Assembly (NCBI RefSeq): GCF_964195595.1
Contig: NC_134312.1
Coordinates: 201,217,140 to 201,281,139, forward strand
DNA length: 64,000 nt
Direction of reading: 5' to 3'
DNA from: Calonectris borealis
Taxonomy: Eukaryota
The position numbers and the translations under genes were made by a program. Under the pieces are notes generated by a model, which was not told the DNA's origin, made no database searches, and saw only the letters and a list, made by a program, of their open reading frames with translations. Of the stretch, positions 10,430 through 23,100 are shown piece by piece; the stretch's first letter is position 1; each line of letters begins with the position of its first letter.

Positions 10430-11890
10430 ACAAAATTTTTATCTCAGGGCAGGGCTGAAGATATTTTTTCCTTCTGCTCGTATCTTATTTTTAGGTAATG
10501 CATGAATAGAGGATGGGTACTGCTCCTGATTTTGGAGCTCAGGAATTTCATTCCTATTTACCGAACTGATCGGAAGTCTTTGCTGAATCATCTGTGTTGG
10601 CATAAATGAGCAAGATTGTTCCTGAACAAACAGAGTAATGCTCATTAAGAATCTTATTCTACGACCATTACCTGTATAGCTACTACTTCATGATACCAAG
10701 TAATTCCATTTAAAATTCGCCTATTAGAGTAGTAAGGAACAAGTGGCAGAATTCAGAGTATAAGATTTATCACTTTGAAAAAGAATAACTAAAAACCAAC
10801 CAAACAAAAAGATTGCTTTCTGTATTTCAAGTTCAGATTCCTTGAATTGGAAAGCAGCCTCATTACCAGCCTTACCATGTTCTTTTTTGGCTGTATATCC
10901 ATGAACCTTGAAACATACATGTTTAAGGCAGCTTTCATGCAACTTGGATTTCCGCATGACATCCTGTATATAAAAGACTACTGATGGAAGACTTACCACA
11001 GCCTTAACCTTCTCAGTAAATTCCTCTCCAGCAGCTGTAACATCATGCTGACATACTGCCTTTTTCTTACACCCTGACCTTAGCAATGCTTTTTTTCTAT
11101 TAGCTTGAAAACCAGGAGATTTGGGGATAACTTGTTTTTCAACATTAGTCTTTTCAGAATTTGTGCATGTAGAGGTAGGTGAACCAAAGCATGCTGAACC
11201 CTGCATTGGAGCAAGCCAAGAATAAAAACCACCTTTGAAGCCTCCCACCGGTATTTGAAAAGAATAGGGAAGGGGTAGAGGAGGGGGAGGTTCAGGAACA
11301 TCCACACAAACATCTAATTTTGTAAGTGCAGGTGTCTGAAGTGATTTTTGTAGAGTCAGATCAATTCCTGGCTTAGCTTTAAAATCAAATGACGAGGAAG
11401 CAACATGTGGCAGATGAAGGTCATGTGGTGAAGATGACCTTGTTCCAGAAGATCTCTCCTTTGTGATGCCTCTACCAAAACTGAAATTTGATTTGAGACT
11501 GCAAGTACTACTTTCAAGTTCAGAAACATTTACAAAGCCCTGTGCCGTGTTTTTTGGTGCGATGCTCTTTTGAGTAACAGCAACTTCTTCAGATTGAAAT
11601 TGGAAGCTTTCAGGTTCACTGTTCTCACTTAGGAAATCAGCTGAATAAACATTGGCTGCTGCTGGGGAACATGCCTGTTAGTAAAATTACAAGGAAACAA
11701 AATAATTCGAGAATTAGTAAAATACTTTTATCTTTTTAATCAAAACGATATTTCTTCTTATATTGTGTGCAGTATCATTCTACTGTCATTCATATGTTCA
11801 AAATGAAAATAATGTGTCAGTTAAAATAAAAATTTCTTAACCTATTCTACCTTACACTGGGCGAATTCAGAGGAAAATTTGACTGTGACT
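10430..11890. repeat. Copy B of the intragenic tandem duplication. Retains the long S/P-rich exon. Its flanking F and E exon homologues are degenerate: F is truncated with an in-frame stop, and E has lost its original donor.
   Basis: Homology to copy A as above. Copy B reads gtaaggtagaataggttaag where copy A has gtaaggtagacagggtaag, which destroys the donor and creates TAG. The copy-B E homologue reads CAGgagcag where copy A has CAGgtacag. Confidence 0.75.
10997..11674 (-). CDS. PARP4: PARP4 S/P-rich exon (226 codons), with a PPPPLPLP tract
   Basis: Acceptor with branch-point-like ttactaacag|GCA at 11675. The frame is open for 317 codons to a stop at about 10724. The phase-0 donor GTG|gtaagt at 10996 fits the phase-0 acceptor of the exon at 10370. 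Composition (..SENSEPESFQFQSEE..SSTCSLKSNFSFG..) resembles the S/P-rich region of human PARP4. Confidence 0.55.
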
Positions 11891-13072
11891 AAATATGAGC
11901 AGAGAGGTATTTTACATAATTAAGATAAAAATGATTAATATAATGATGATTACGAGCCAAGGAAGTTCCACTGTACAATATTGTTGTACATACACAGAAG
12001 ATAGATCTACACAAAGTGAAGCATGGATCCTGCTTGTGCTGCAATTCTGGCACATGTACTAGCTGACATCCAGTAGCTGCTGCATACAAGCTAGTGAGCC
12101 TTGGCTATACTGCCACCATACACCAACGTAGATATTTGGTACTCTTCTGCCTAGGAATTCTTGGGCCAAAGGATCAGGAAAATGGCTTTATATGAGTTGA
12201 CCTAAGTTACACAACACACACCCAGATACCATTCTAAATAGCTCACAATCTTAATACATTACAAACTACAGACTGAGATGATGCTCCTGAGTTGTATTAA
12301 ATGCACATCATGGTCATGTACTATATAATTTAATAGACAAATAATGATTTTCTTGAGTCCCCTACACAACTTGGGAGATGTAAAGCTTTAATCGGTTAGG
12401 ACTTTACGGACTGACAGAATTATACCTGCTGGCTAACTGATGCAGGTATCTCTTGTAGTTTCCAAAGTCAAGACAGAGCTACCACAACTAGCAAACATCT
12501 AATTTCTCTAGTTCAAGTTTCTTTCATTGCTCCCCCCTCATCCCAGAGATTTTCCCATTGCATGCTAGCAATATGTCCTCTTCTTCCAGTCATGCTCATC
12601 TCCATTCCCAGTAGTCTCTCTGTTTTGGCTGTACCTCTCTGCTAGTGGAGACTTAGTTGTGGATCAATACCTTGATTTTCCCTGAAACACCACTCCCCCC
12701 ACCCCCCAGTTTCTTAGAGTTGAATTTAAGGCTTCATCTACACTAGCATATTCTTATGAGAGAATGCTCTAACAGGTGTTAGTTTCTTCTGGAAGAGAGA
12801 AGTCATCTGTACTATCATATTGTCTCTCAAAACTTCTGCTGCACTCATGATATTTTTAAGTGTACTTTATTTTTGGGACAGGTTCCTCAAAATTTTCATG
12901 TTTATAGTAAAATTCCACACAGTACTTGTGTGGCATTAATTATACCCAAAATAATTAAAAATTGAACAGATTTCATGAACAATTACTATATGGTTACACA
13001 TACAATACAGCACCATAACTGGCTAATATACCAAAAATGTTAGCAATAAGAACATATATTAAATGTAGTTAC

Positions 13073-13219
13073 CAGGGCAAAGGCAATTTCTTCTGAAAAT
13101 AAGAAGCCAGATTCCATTGACTTTTGGTCCCAGTCCATGTAAGGTAAAAAATCTACATCTTCTTGAGCTATAATTTCCAGGATGTTTGGAGCATCAGCAG
13201 AACAAGTTTCATAAGCATC
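13073..13219 (-). CDS. PARP4: PARP4 exon (DAYETCSADAPNILEIIAQEDVDFLPYMDWDQKSMESGFLFSEEIAFAL)
   Basis: Acceptor tttag|GAT, donor CTG|gtaact. Matches human ..KVSELIAKEDVDFLPYMSW... Confidence 0.75.
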
Positions 13220-14399
13220 CTAAATTAAAATGCATCACAGTTTTGAATCCGAAAAACTTCTGGCATTATAGAGACAGTGCATTTTTCTTTGTGAGTTTGA
13301 AATGTGTTGAAAACAGAGAATAAGCAGATAACACAGTACATTAAAAATACTCAGTATATACAAAAAATCAGTAAATGTAACTTCACATTTTTTACTATAT
13401 TGAGGGACAATGTATTGTCAGTAATTAGATTCACATGAAATATAAAGGTGGACAGTATATATTTGTATGTATAATTTGTTCAAATTAACATAATTGAAAT
13501 AAATTCCAAATCTTGCACAGTTCTTTTTGTCAGAATCCTATTGTCACCCTTTAAAGGAAAGCAAACATAAGCATTATTATAGACATGCTTAAAATACATT
13601 GCATTCTGCAAAATCACGTTAAAAAGATGAATTACATAGTATAATACAGTGCCAAACTGAATGGGTTAGTTTGGGTATTTCTGCATGGTACTGTATTGTG
13701 TTGTGTAGGTGCTTTTGCCTTAAGATGTCTGCAATGTTTTGCTCCACTGGGTCAAAAAAGTAATCCTAGACTAGAAATGAGATTAAAGCTATTATATTTA
13801 CAGATGTAATTCAAACATAACATTCTAGAAGTCTGTTTCTTGAGAGGCATCATATCAACACAGGGAAACTAAATCTTTTGAAGAATTGCAAAAATGGATA
13901 TATAAAAATCAGAATGACAGATAATAATCTGTTGACACCCTTTGTAAACAACTAGTTCATGAAATCTCACAGGTGTTCCCTTGCTAATCTGCAACATATT
14001 TTTTCTTCTGAATATTGCTTCTGTTATGTACCAGATGGAATATTCAGGTGTAATAAAGAAGGATATTTAAATTGACTCAGTTGAGTTATCTTATTTTGAA
14101 AAGTAGTCCTTGACCTGGGAATTTCTAATAACTTCACAGCACTGCATTTTATAGTTGCTTTTTAATCAGATGTTTTTTGGAATGCATGTCTGTCTTTTGA
14201 TCTTTAATTGCAAATGTTGGAGTTATTACTCAGGAAAGCAGTATTTCCAGAAAAATCTCATATAATGTACATATGCTACTGGTATTGTTTATTTCATAAT
14301 AATGTAGACATCAAGACGAAACAGTAAAAATAGGAAAAGGTATCCTTGTTTTATCCAGCATCTCCATTGAATTCTTCATTGAGGCCTACTTTTATTTAT

Positions 14400-15750
14400 A
14401 TTCATATACCATAGGAAATAGTAAATTGTGATGATGAAAGAACTGTTTTCGACACTGTAAAAAGCTGTAAAAGTTCTCCTTTTTGAACTTTATGAGGTTC
14501 CTGTCAGCCCATTTCTCCAGCCTATCGAGGTACTTCTGGATGGCAGCACGACCCTCTGGGGTATGAGCCACTCTTCCCAGTTTTGTATCATTAGCAAACT
14601 TGCTGAAGGTACAGCTCTGTCCCATCATCCAGAACATTAATGAAGATTTTGAACAGGACAGGCCCCACTATTGACCCCTGGTGTACACCAGTAGTCACTG
14701 GCCTCCAACTAGACTTCCTGCCACTGATCACCACCCTTTGGGCCTGGCCATTCAGCCAGTTTTCAATGCACCTCACTGTCTGCTCATCCAGCCCATACTT
14801 CATCAGCTTCTGTATGAGGATCATATGGGAGACAGTGTCAAAAGCCTTACTGAAGTCCAGGTAGATAACACCTACGGCTCTCCCCTTGTCCACCACGTCA
14901 GTCATTTCATCTTCAAAGTTTTATCAAGTTGGTTAAGCATGACTTCCTCATGGTTAATGCATGTTAGCTACTTCTGATGACCTTCTTATCCTTCATGTGC
15001 CTGGAAATGGTTTCCAGGATTAGCTACTCCACCACCCTCTCAGGGATCAAGGTGAGGCTGACCAGCCTGTAGTTCCCTGGGTCCTCCTTCTTGCCCTTCC
15101 TGAACATAGGAGTGACACTAGCTTTCCTCCAGTCTTCGGGCACTTCTCCCAATTGCCATGATCATTCAAAGATTTTTGAGAGTGGCCTCGCAATGCATCA
15201 GCCAGCTCCCTCAGCACTCCTGGGTGCATCCCATGAACTTATGTATGTCCAATTTGCTTAAGTATTCCTGCACCTGATCCTCTTCCACTAAGGGTACGTC
15301 TTCCTAGCTCTAAACTTCCCCCCTGGTCTCTGGGGCCTTGAGTTTCCAAAGGTTGGTCTTGCTAGTAAATACTGAGGCAACAGAGGTGTTCAGTGCCTCA
15401 ACCTTTTCCATGCCCTGTGTCACCAGTTCTCCTGCCCCATTCAGCAGCAGGCCTACATTTTCCCTAGTCTTCCTTTTGCCACTTACGTATTTACAGAAGC
15501 TCTTCATGTTGTCTTTGACATTCCTGGCCAGATTCAACTCCATGTGGACTTTGGCTTTCCTAACGATGTCTCTGCATGCTCAGATAGTGTCTCTATATTC
15601 CTTCCAAGTTACCTGTCCTTGCTTCCACTGTCACTATACTTCCTTTTTATGTTTGAGTTTTTCCAGGAGTTCCCTGTTCATCCATGTTCACGCCAGGCCT
15701 CCTGGCATTTTTGCCTGACTTCTTGTTCATTGGGATAGACAGCTCTTGAG
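14400..15750 (-). mobile_element. Older CR1 LINE internal fragment (ORF2 reverse-transcriptase region), degraded
   Basis: Minus-strand ORFs read ..[51 protein letters not shown].. and HPGVLRELADAL.. and ..[31 protein letters not shown]... These are CR1 ORF2 RT motifs, with frameshifts and stops between them. Confidence 0.7.
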
Positions 15751-18700
15751 CTTGGAGAAAGTGATCCTTCAATCTGAAATAGTGACTGTAGGTAACCCCT
15801 ATAATCAGTGCCGAGAAAAAGACCTCTTGAGAAAATCAATCTGAACTGGTTTTGGTATTTAACTTTAGGATGAGATGAATCGAGCTCTAGAAATATCTAT
15901 TTATTTCCATTGACCATGAGAGGAAGGCAAACGTGACTGATTTACTACTAAATGTACACACATGTACTTGGTCAGATGAATTCCCATTCTCTGTGCCCCA
16001 TCTAATACTTAATCCAACTGATATCATCTTGCTTATCGTGTTACAGCTTTCCATTTGAAAACTCTTCTTACTGACCCTTGAATTTCAAGGTATTTCTTTC
16101 CATTTGCTGCAAAGCTTTTGTTTCTCCTACTGCTGTTCTAATACTGAGAACAAATGAAAAAGTTCCATGGTTTACTGCAATATTGAAGAGAGATTTTTAA
16201 AGTTTTGTTTTCCTTGTGACTTCCGCCTAACACGGACTCCCCTAGAATGACTTTTGCCAATACAAAATCCATTACTTCAGCCAGAGTGGCCAGTTTGCTA
16301 TAGTTTGGCATCCTCCCTTTTTATGAGAAAGGGTTCTGTGGCTTATCACCAAGGATTGAGGAGTACTCTTCATCTGGCCTTGTCCTTTGACCTGTCTGGC
16401 TCCCGCAGCACTATCAGGAATTACAAACCCTTGTAGCAAATCACAACAGGATTGACAAACTTTGATTGTGAAGTAAGGACAAGCAACGTAAGAGACAGAA
16501 AAGGAAAATAACTTGCTATATTGCAGAAGAAACCAAAATAACATCAAAAATTATAGTTTTAGCTCTATTGCAGAAAAATAATCATTGTTCAGCAAAAGGA
16601 AAACTGGTTTAGATATGTACAAGGTTACAGAATTTAGAGTCTTTTGACAGAGAAGCTAGCAGGAACAAGATACTATATAGAAAACATACCCTTTTCTCAA
16701 CCGCAACGAAGCTTGTAAACTGGCTTATAATTGAGTTCTCCAAGCTGAGGTGAATAATCATGTTTTTCAAGATTTGTTTCTTCATCTAGATTGTTAAGTA
16801 TTAACAAATGGAACAGGTAGAAAAAATACAATCAGCTAAAAGAAACGATGTCAAAACTGAACACATACCTATAAACACACTTATACACTCTAAATAGGCA
16901 CATGTAAAAGGAAGAGCTCATGTGAATATACTGGCCTGCCTAACTGTCTACTCCCTTCTAACTTTCTCTACTCCCTCACTCAACTTTGGGCAGGGATATG
17001 CATTTCCTGTAGTTAGACTTTTGGTTCTATCCTTCTAGTGTAAGAAGCAGCTGTATTTTATAAGAAGAATTAGTCTGAAGTCTCAAATAAGCCAAGATGG
17101 CAATATGGGAAGTTTTAAACTGGCTAAAGGCCAATTTTTAACAGATCATTAGATCATTAAGTCTGTCTATCTGTAAAACACAGGTCACTATCTTCCACCA
17201 TATCCTATACAAAAGCTACGGACTTTCGCTGGACTAGTATGTATTGATCTTCACGAAACTAAAATGTTGTATGTCACAAGGAAAGATCACCAATGGCCTA
17301 CAATGAGAAGGTATAGATTATGAAAAATATGCACACATTATGCCAATAGAGGACATTCTTATACTGGGGAAGAAGAAAAGACTGTCCCAAAATTTTTCAA
17401 AATCTTATCTGGGAGGATATTACTATATGGTGACTTTAACCTTAAAATAATATTAGAATTGCAACCTTCTAGTTATGTTTAACAAAGCAAGAAAATCTTC
17501 TCTATTCCACTGAAATGTTTGCTATTTAAATGTATACTTTTTATTTCAGATTATCAAACCTCATGTTCTGTTTCATTCTCATGAAGAATCCCATCTTCAT
17601 AGTCATTAATGAAAGCTCTTGCTGCAAGCTTGTGCAGCACCTAGAAAGAAAACTAAACTGATGATAAGAGTAGCAACGTTTTTTTTTTAATTCTTCCTTT
17701 CATTTATGAGTCCAGCTTCAGGCAATTAGTTTCCATATTTACACAGAATCCCATTCTCTAAGGAAGGGTCAAGCTAATTTTCCATTTGAAAAGCAATCAC
17801 AACCTGCACCTAAGGTACATTTTTATTTCACGTAATTTCAGCAAACTAAAAAATACCCAGGTCTTTACTTGTGCACATTCTCTCTAGAGTCAAGGATGAG
17901 AAAAAAAAGCTGGCATGCAAACAAACACAAAAACTCCACCAGGCAATGAATCCCAATTTGAAATGGCTAACTAAAACAGATAGGAAGAATGCTCCTTCTG
18001 GATGTACGCATTTTTCTTCAGTGACTGTAAACAGAGCCTGGACAACTACCTCAGATTTAACCAACAACATCTAGATAGGTGAAATTAGGTAAATTAATCC
18101 CGTCCATAAAAATACAGAATTTGGGGAAAAAGTAAAGTGAGTCTAGAGTGTTCAAATTTAAAAAAATCATTAGGTCTACCATAATCAAGTAATTTTTGAC
18201 CTGAGGAGCTGTACGCAGAAAAGGAAAATACTGAACTGTACTAACCAGAAATTACTTTTTTGAACTAAACCAGTCTTTCATAGAAAAGAAAAACCATTTT
18301 GGTCTCTTCAATATGTTAAAGCTAACAAAGAAAGGGAGCTTTGTGGGGGCAATGTGGTAGAGTCCAGCTGTATTCCAGTTCCAATTGCCAAAACATTCCC
18401 ACTGGCTCATTTTTGGAAGAATATGATAGATGCCAAAGGGAGCCACTTCTGAAGAAAACCTCTTAAGCAAAGAGTTACTTTTTGAGCTAAGGTAAATTGG
18501 CAAAAGAAACAGGTAGGAATTCTCAGAGTTCATCTAAAGCATCAAGAATTAATAATTTTTTCTAATTTTGACCTTGTTTTTTATCATTTTGCCATTTCAG
18601 TTTACACTTTTCAAAACTTTATTTTTTTTTAACTACACCTGGAATTTGTAATACAGGTATTTTTCTAAAAGCAAAAATTCATTATGGCAAGCAAATATAT

Positions 18701-19516
18701 TGCTTCCGCTTGCCAATTTTATTTGCCTGTAGAAGGGCACGTCCCTGGAAACCAACTGTCCTTACGGAAACCAACACAACCAACATGTCCATGGAAACCA
18801 ACCCATGACAGTAGCTTTCAAAGTAGATTACACTTAATAGGGAACAAAATAATTTCTATTTGAAAATAAATCAGATTCCCTTAGTGGGGAAGGGGTGACA
18901 GTCACATCAGAATTATTACTGCAGGTTGACTATTCTTTTGATTTTTCAAGTGTAGACACCTGTTAGATTTAATAAATAGTTCTTTTTTGATTGTTTTCCT
19001 TCTCAAAATGGGTGTTGTGCTTTCCTCTGCATAAAGACTCCTTACTTCATTGTTACTGAGGCAGAGGAAAGGCTAGTAACACTTTACTGTCTCTTTTTCC
19101 ATACATTTCTAGAGATGACAGACTAGTGATGAGATGTTCCACATGGCAACAATTTACAACATGAAAGAGAATGCTGCAGCAGCTTCTTCACAGAGGTTGC
19201 CTGAAGAACAGCCAACCCAAGGATAAAGCTAGAGCCCAAAAAGGCTGCCAAAATAAGAAGCAGCACTTCCTATTCTGAGAAACTTAAATTTTGTGTTGGA
19301 AAGTACAGTGAAAGGTGACACTTACATGTAAAACAGTTTCCCTTTAAAAGTCTGAAAACTGAAAGTCTGTGTTAAAACATCAGAAGCAAAAATAAAAGTG
19401 CAAGAGCTGCTGAAAACAGGGGTTTCAATTCCTTCAAAAGAGCATGAAGCAGCATGTAATTCTTTAAAGCAGCTTGTCTCACTATGGCATGTACAAATAA
19501 TGTTGGCCAAACTCAC

Positions 19517-19597
19517 TGTTCCTGTTGTCTTCTGTAGTTCAGTAGTTGACACCACGGTCTGTAGTTCTTGGTCATTTATTACTGCCCTTAAGGTGGC
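19517..19597 (-). CDS. PARP4: PARP4 exon (ATLRAVINDQELQTVVSTTELQKTTGT)
   Basis: Acceptor ttttag|GCC, donor ACA|gtgagt. 27 codons. Matches human ATLCALIQEKEFRTMVSTTELQKTTGT. Confidence 0.8.
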
Positions 19598-19997
19598 CTA
19601 AAAGGAAAAAAAATAATAGTTTTCTGCTTTCTCATGCTATGTTACCAGCACACACGCATGCTGTTTTGTCTCCTGAATATAACTCAAATCTGTAAGTCTT
19701 TGCATGTCTAGGTTTATAAATATTTCCCCTTGTAACAAGGGGACAGTCGCAAGTAAAGGAACCCTGTATTTATCAAAGTATAATGATAGGAACATTAAAT
19801 TAGGTAACTTTTTCCTCTCTACTTCTTAGAGGGAAGACTAGTAATGACAATTAAATAGTAACTTAACTATATTTAGCAATGAAGAAGCAGCTAAGTGCAT
19901 GCTGCATAGAAGATATATAATACAATGTAATATTTCCTTTGTGATTGTTTTACATATGAATTTCTATCCAGTAACGCATGTGCATTCCAGTCTTTAC

Positions 19998-20168
19998 CTG
20001 AGTACAGTGAGGGATGAATCCATAGACAAGAAGTCTCTCATTGTTAAATAAAGACTGTATTTGAGCAGGAGCCTGCATTGGCTCTGGTGCACCTACATTA
20101 AACTGTTGCCATTTAATAGAAACTGAACTGCATCCTGGAGAAAATATTCTAGATACCTGGCTCTGTAT
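19998..20168 (-). CDS. PARP4: PARP4 exon (IQSQVSRIFSPGCSSVSIKWQQFNVGAPEPMQAPAQIQSLFNNERLLVYGFIPHCTQ)
   Basis: Acceptor tttacacag|ATA, donor CAG|gtaaag. 57 codons. Matches human IEDQMTRLCSPSCHSVSVKWQQLNPDVPEALQAPAQVPSLFLNDRLLVYGFIPHCTQ nearly residue for residue. Confidence 0.85.
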
Positions 20169-23100
20169 CTGTGTAAAGAAGCAAAACAAATTAGCTCTGT
20201 TTGTTAGTAGGCTTTCAAAAGCAAACATAATCTCTCAATGTAAAATAACGTATTTCCCATGGGAATGGAACTAATTTTTTTTTTTTAAAACAACTAAAAC
20301 AAGCCACATACTATTACTGGTAAAAATTAGTCTAATGTTTGGAGGTAATAAGGAGAATCACTCAGCCATCATCGTACTGGCTTCTGGAATAATGAAACTT
20401 CTTTTAAGTAAAAGCTGAAATTTGAGAGTTCTATCCATCAAAGCTTCTATCCATCAGGGTTGCCAAACAGGCTAGGGAATACGGCCTGGCACAGTTCTAG
20501 AAGTGTAGCACATCTCCTGGATGTGATCTCTGAGATAGGCGAACAGTTCTGCACATCTCCATGGCCTGCTCTGGATAGTTCTGCATGTATCACTCAAATG
20601 ACAGCCAGAATAGCAAGAGGAGAAATCTGTGCTTTCATCCATTCCCCCAGGCAAAAATGTGCCAGATACTAGCCTTGCTGCAGCACCTTCTTTACTGTCA
20701 CTGTTCCAGGAGGGACCAGATTCGAGGCATAGGAGAGTGCTGTAGACACATAACTATAGAGGGAAACAGAAAAGCACCGCACATGGGGTCCTAGATTGCC
20801 TGAAACCCTTAGATGCACCAACAGGCAAAAGTTACAGAATACAATTGCTATAGGCCTCATCACTATAGCAAGGACAATATAGATGGACTGTGACCTATGA
20901 CAGAAGTAAAGCCATGTTTTTGCATTCAGGGACAATTTTTTATATAGCTTGACATTTTTAAAACTTTTTCCAAGTTGGTGTTATTGCACTTACCAAGAAA
21001 AGTACAGGAGCTCTTAGAAAAAATAAAGTCAGTCATGGCTTTCTGGTTTTCTTTTACACATTCAGTGACCAATCTGAATGAGAAGGTAGGGCAACTACAG
21101 TGACAAATTCCCTCCCTTATCAAAGAACTGAGGGTTCTCTACAGCACTCATATCCCTTCCTATAGCACATGTGTTCCTGCTGAAAATAAGGCACCTTTGT
21201 AATACTCAAACTAAATACTTCTCTTTCTCACTTAGTATAAATTTATATTTAAAATAAAAGAAGGCTTAATAGACAAGCATCTCTCCTTCCACCTTCTATC
21301 AAATGTTTTTTGAACTATCTTATTGTAATAGCAAAGCCACGTGATCCCATGAAAATTCCCATTTTGAGGTACTGAAGATATGCAGTATCAGATATTGATA
21401 TATCAGACAACGATCACATACTGAATATAGTCAAGATTTAGAAATGTACCTTTGCCTCCCAGTTATACTTTGATTTTGGGTCAAAGTATTCAAATGCTCC
21501 AGCACCATACTGGGACAAAGATCTCAGCATGTGTCGATTTGCTGTGGAACTAACAAAAAAAGTTCTTTATGTAATTATTGAATTAAATTGTTCATCTAAT
21601 ATTATTTCTAAATATTTTGTTTTTAATTAGTACTGCAAGCTTTTTGAATCTGAATTTTTAAAATTCTATCCCTTTTTCAGGGGACAGACCAACTGAAAGC
21701 AACTGAGCCAATGAATATGCTGCTGTATTAGAGATTTCCTAACAACACTCGAGGAAATTACATGGTACACGAGTTTTTACAGTGCAGAGCTGTACAGAGA
21801 AATTAACTTAGGTTCAAACACCAATAAGACTGCATCAAAATGATCCTCATCTTGAACTAATTAACCTCAATCTCAGCAGAGCTATTTAGTGTGGACACAG
21901 CTATCTTACAGCTAAGTCCAGTGTCAGCTAGGGAATGTTACTATCTGAACAACATGGATATACCAATATGGTTACACTTATTAGCCTGATAGAACAGCAG
22001 GCTCTGCTCACCAACGGTCTGACTACTGTGAAGCTCTTTCATGGGTATATATACAAATGAGAGCTTTATAGAGGATTAAAGGAGAACAATTAAGCAGATG
22101 AGAATTCTTTTGGGCAAGAAATAGCACAGTATGTCTTGAATCTTTGTCAGACAAAAAGTAGACTCGTTCCTTAACAGGACCGTACCACTGTCTTAGTGAC
22201 CTAGTGAATCCTCACCAAAACCCCTCAAGGCAAAATTAAATAGTACAATTGTATCTATGCTAAGAACACATAACATCTTGGGTTTAAAGTTTAAAGCTTT
22301 TTTAAAAGTCTTTTTATAGATTTTGCTGTCTTGTACAACTCCGTAAAGTACAAATCTTGCACTATTTAAAAATACTGTTTTTTCATTTACTTGCAGAGAA
22401 TTATCACAGATAAAAAAGATGTAGTATTCTCTATTAATTCAGCCTTCTAGAAAACACTCTGTCTACACAAGAGTATGAACCAGAGTGAACTTCTCTTTTT
22501 CACCTCTTCACCATTATTACTTTACCAATTAACACATTAAATACAGATCCTGACTACTGAAAGCAGGTTGTTGCACATTAGCACGTTAATGTTAGTGATT
22601 TAGAGGAACGATTAAAAGCCATGCCCTCTCAGACTACCAGCACTGACGTAATCCATCACCAGGCCTAGTTCCATCGTATCAATAACCAATAATCAATGAA
22701 TGTACATGTGCTGAACATGAACATAATGAGAATGTAAATATGTTGAAAATGGTGTCAGTGTGCTGCTAATGAACACATATCATCTGTTCTTTATTGTGTG
22801 TTGATGCAAATTCTATTATAGTCTAACATATGATTACTCTGGAAGAGCACTGGGATGTCTGGTACATGGCCTGAAGGGTGTGCTTGCCCAGTGCTGCGAG
22901 AGGGCCCACAGCCGTGAGATCTGGGGAGTGTTGCGGGAACTATGGTGAAGGTTATTAAAAAAAAAAGACCTAGAAGAAGATGACCCTCACCACTGGTCTT
23001 TATTTTGATGTATCCTTGCCAACCCTCCCAGGATGTAGTAAGAACCTAACATCTCCCTGACCCTTTCCCATTTATGCCTCGCAACCTGAAATATGTAACT

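Noticed and set aside
10440-10645. Minus-strand ORF MSITLFVQEQSCSFMPTQMIQQRLPISSVNRNEIPELQNQ... (copy-B homologue of exon E)
   Set aside because: This is the duplicated copy of exon E. Its original donor is mutated (CAGgagcag). The intact F and E copies with phase-compatible splice sites are in copy A, so this one is probably a pseudo-exon or rarely used.
22860-23060. Short GC-richer patch with a poly-A run (ggcctgaagggtgtgcttgcccagtgctg...aaaaaaaaaagacc) that might be SINE- or tRNA-derived
   Set aside because: I could not recognise A-box/B-box motifs or any known family from the sequence alone. Left unannotated.
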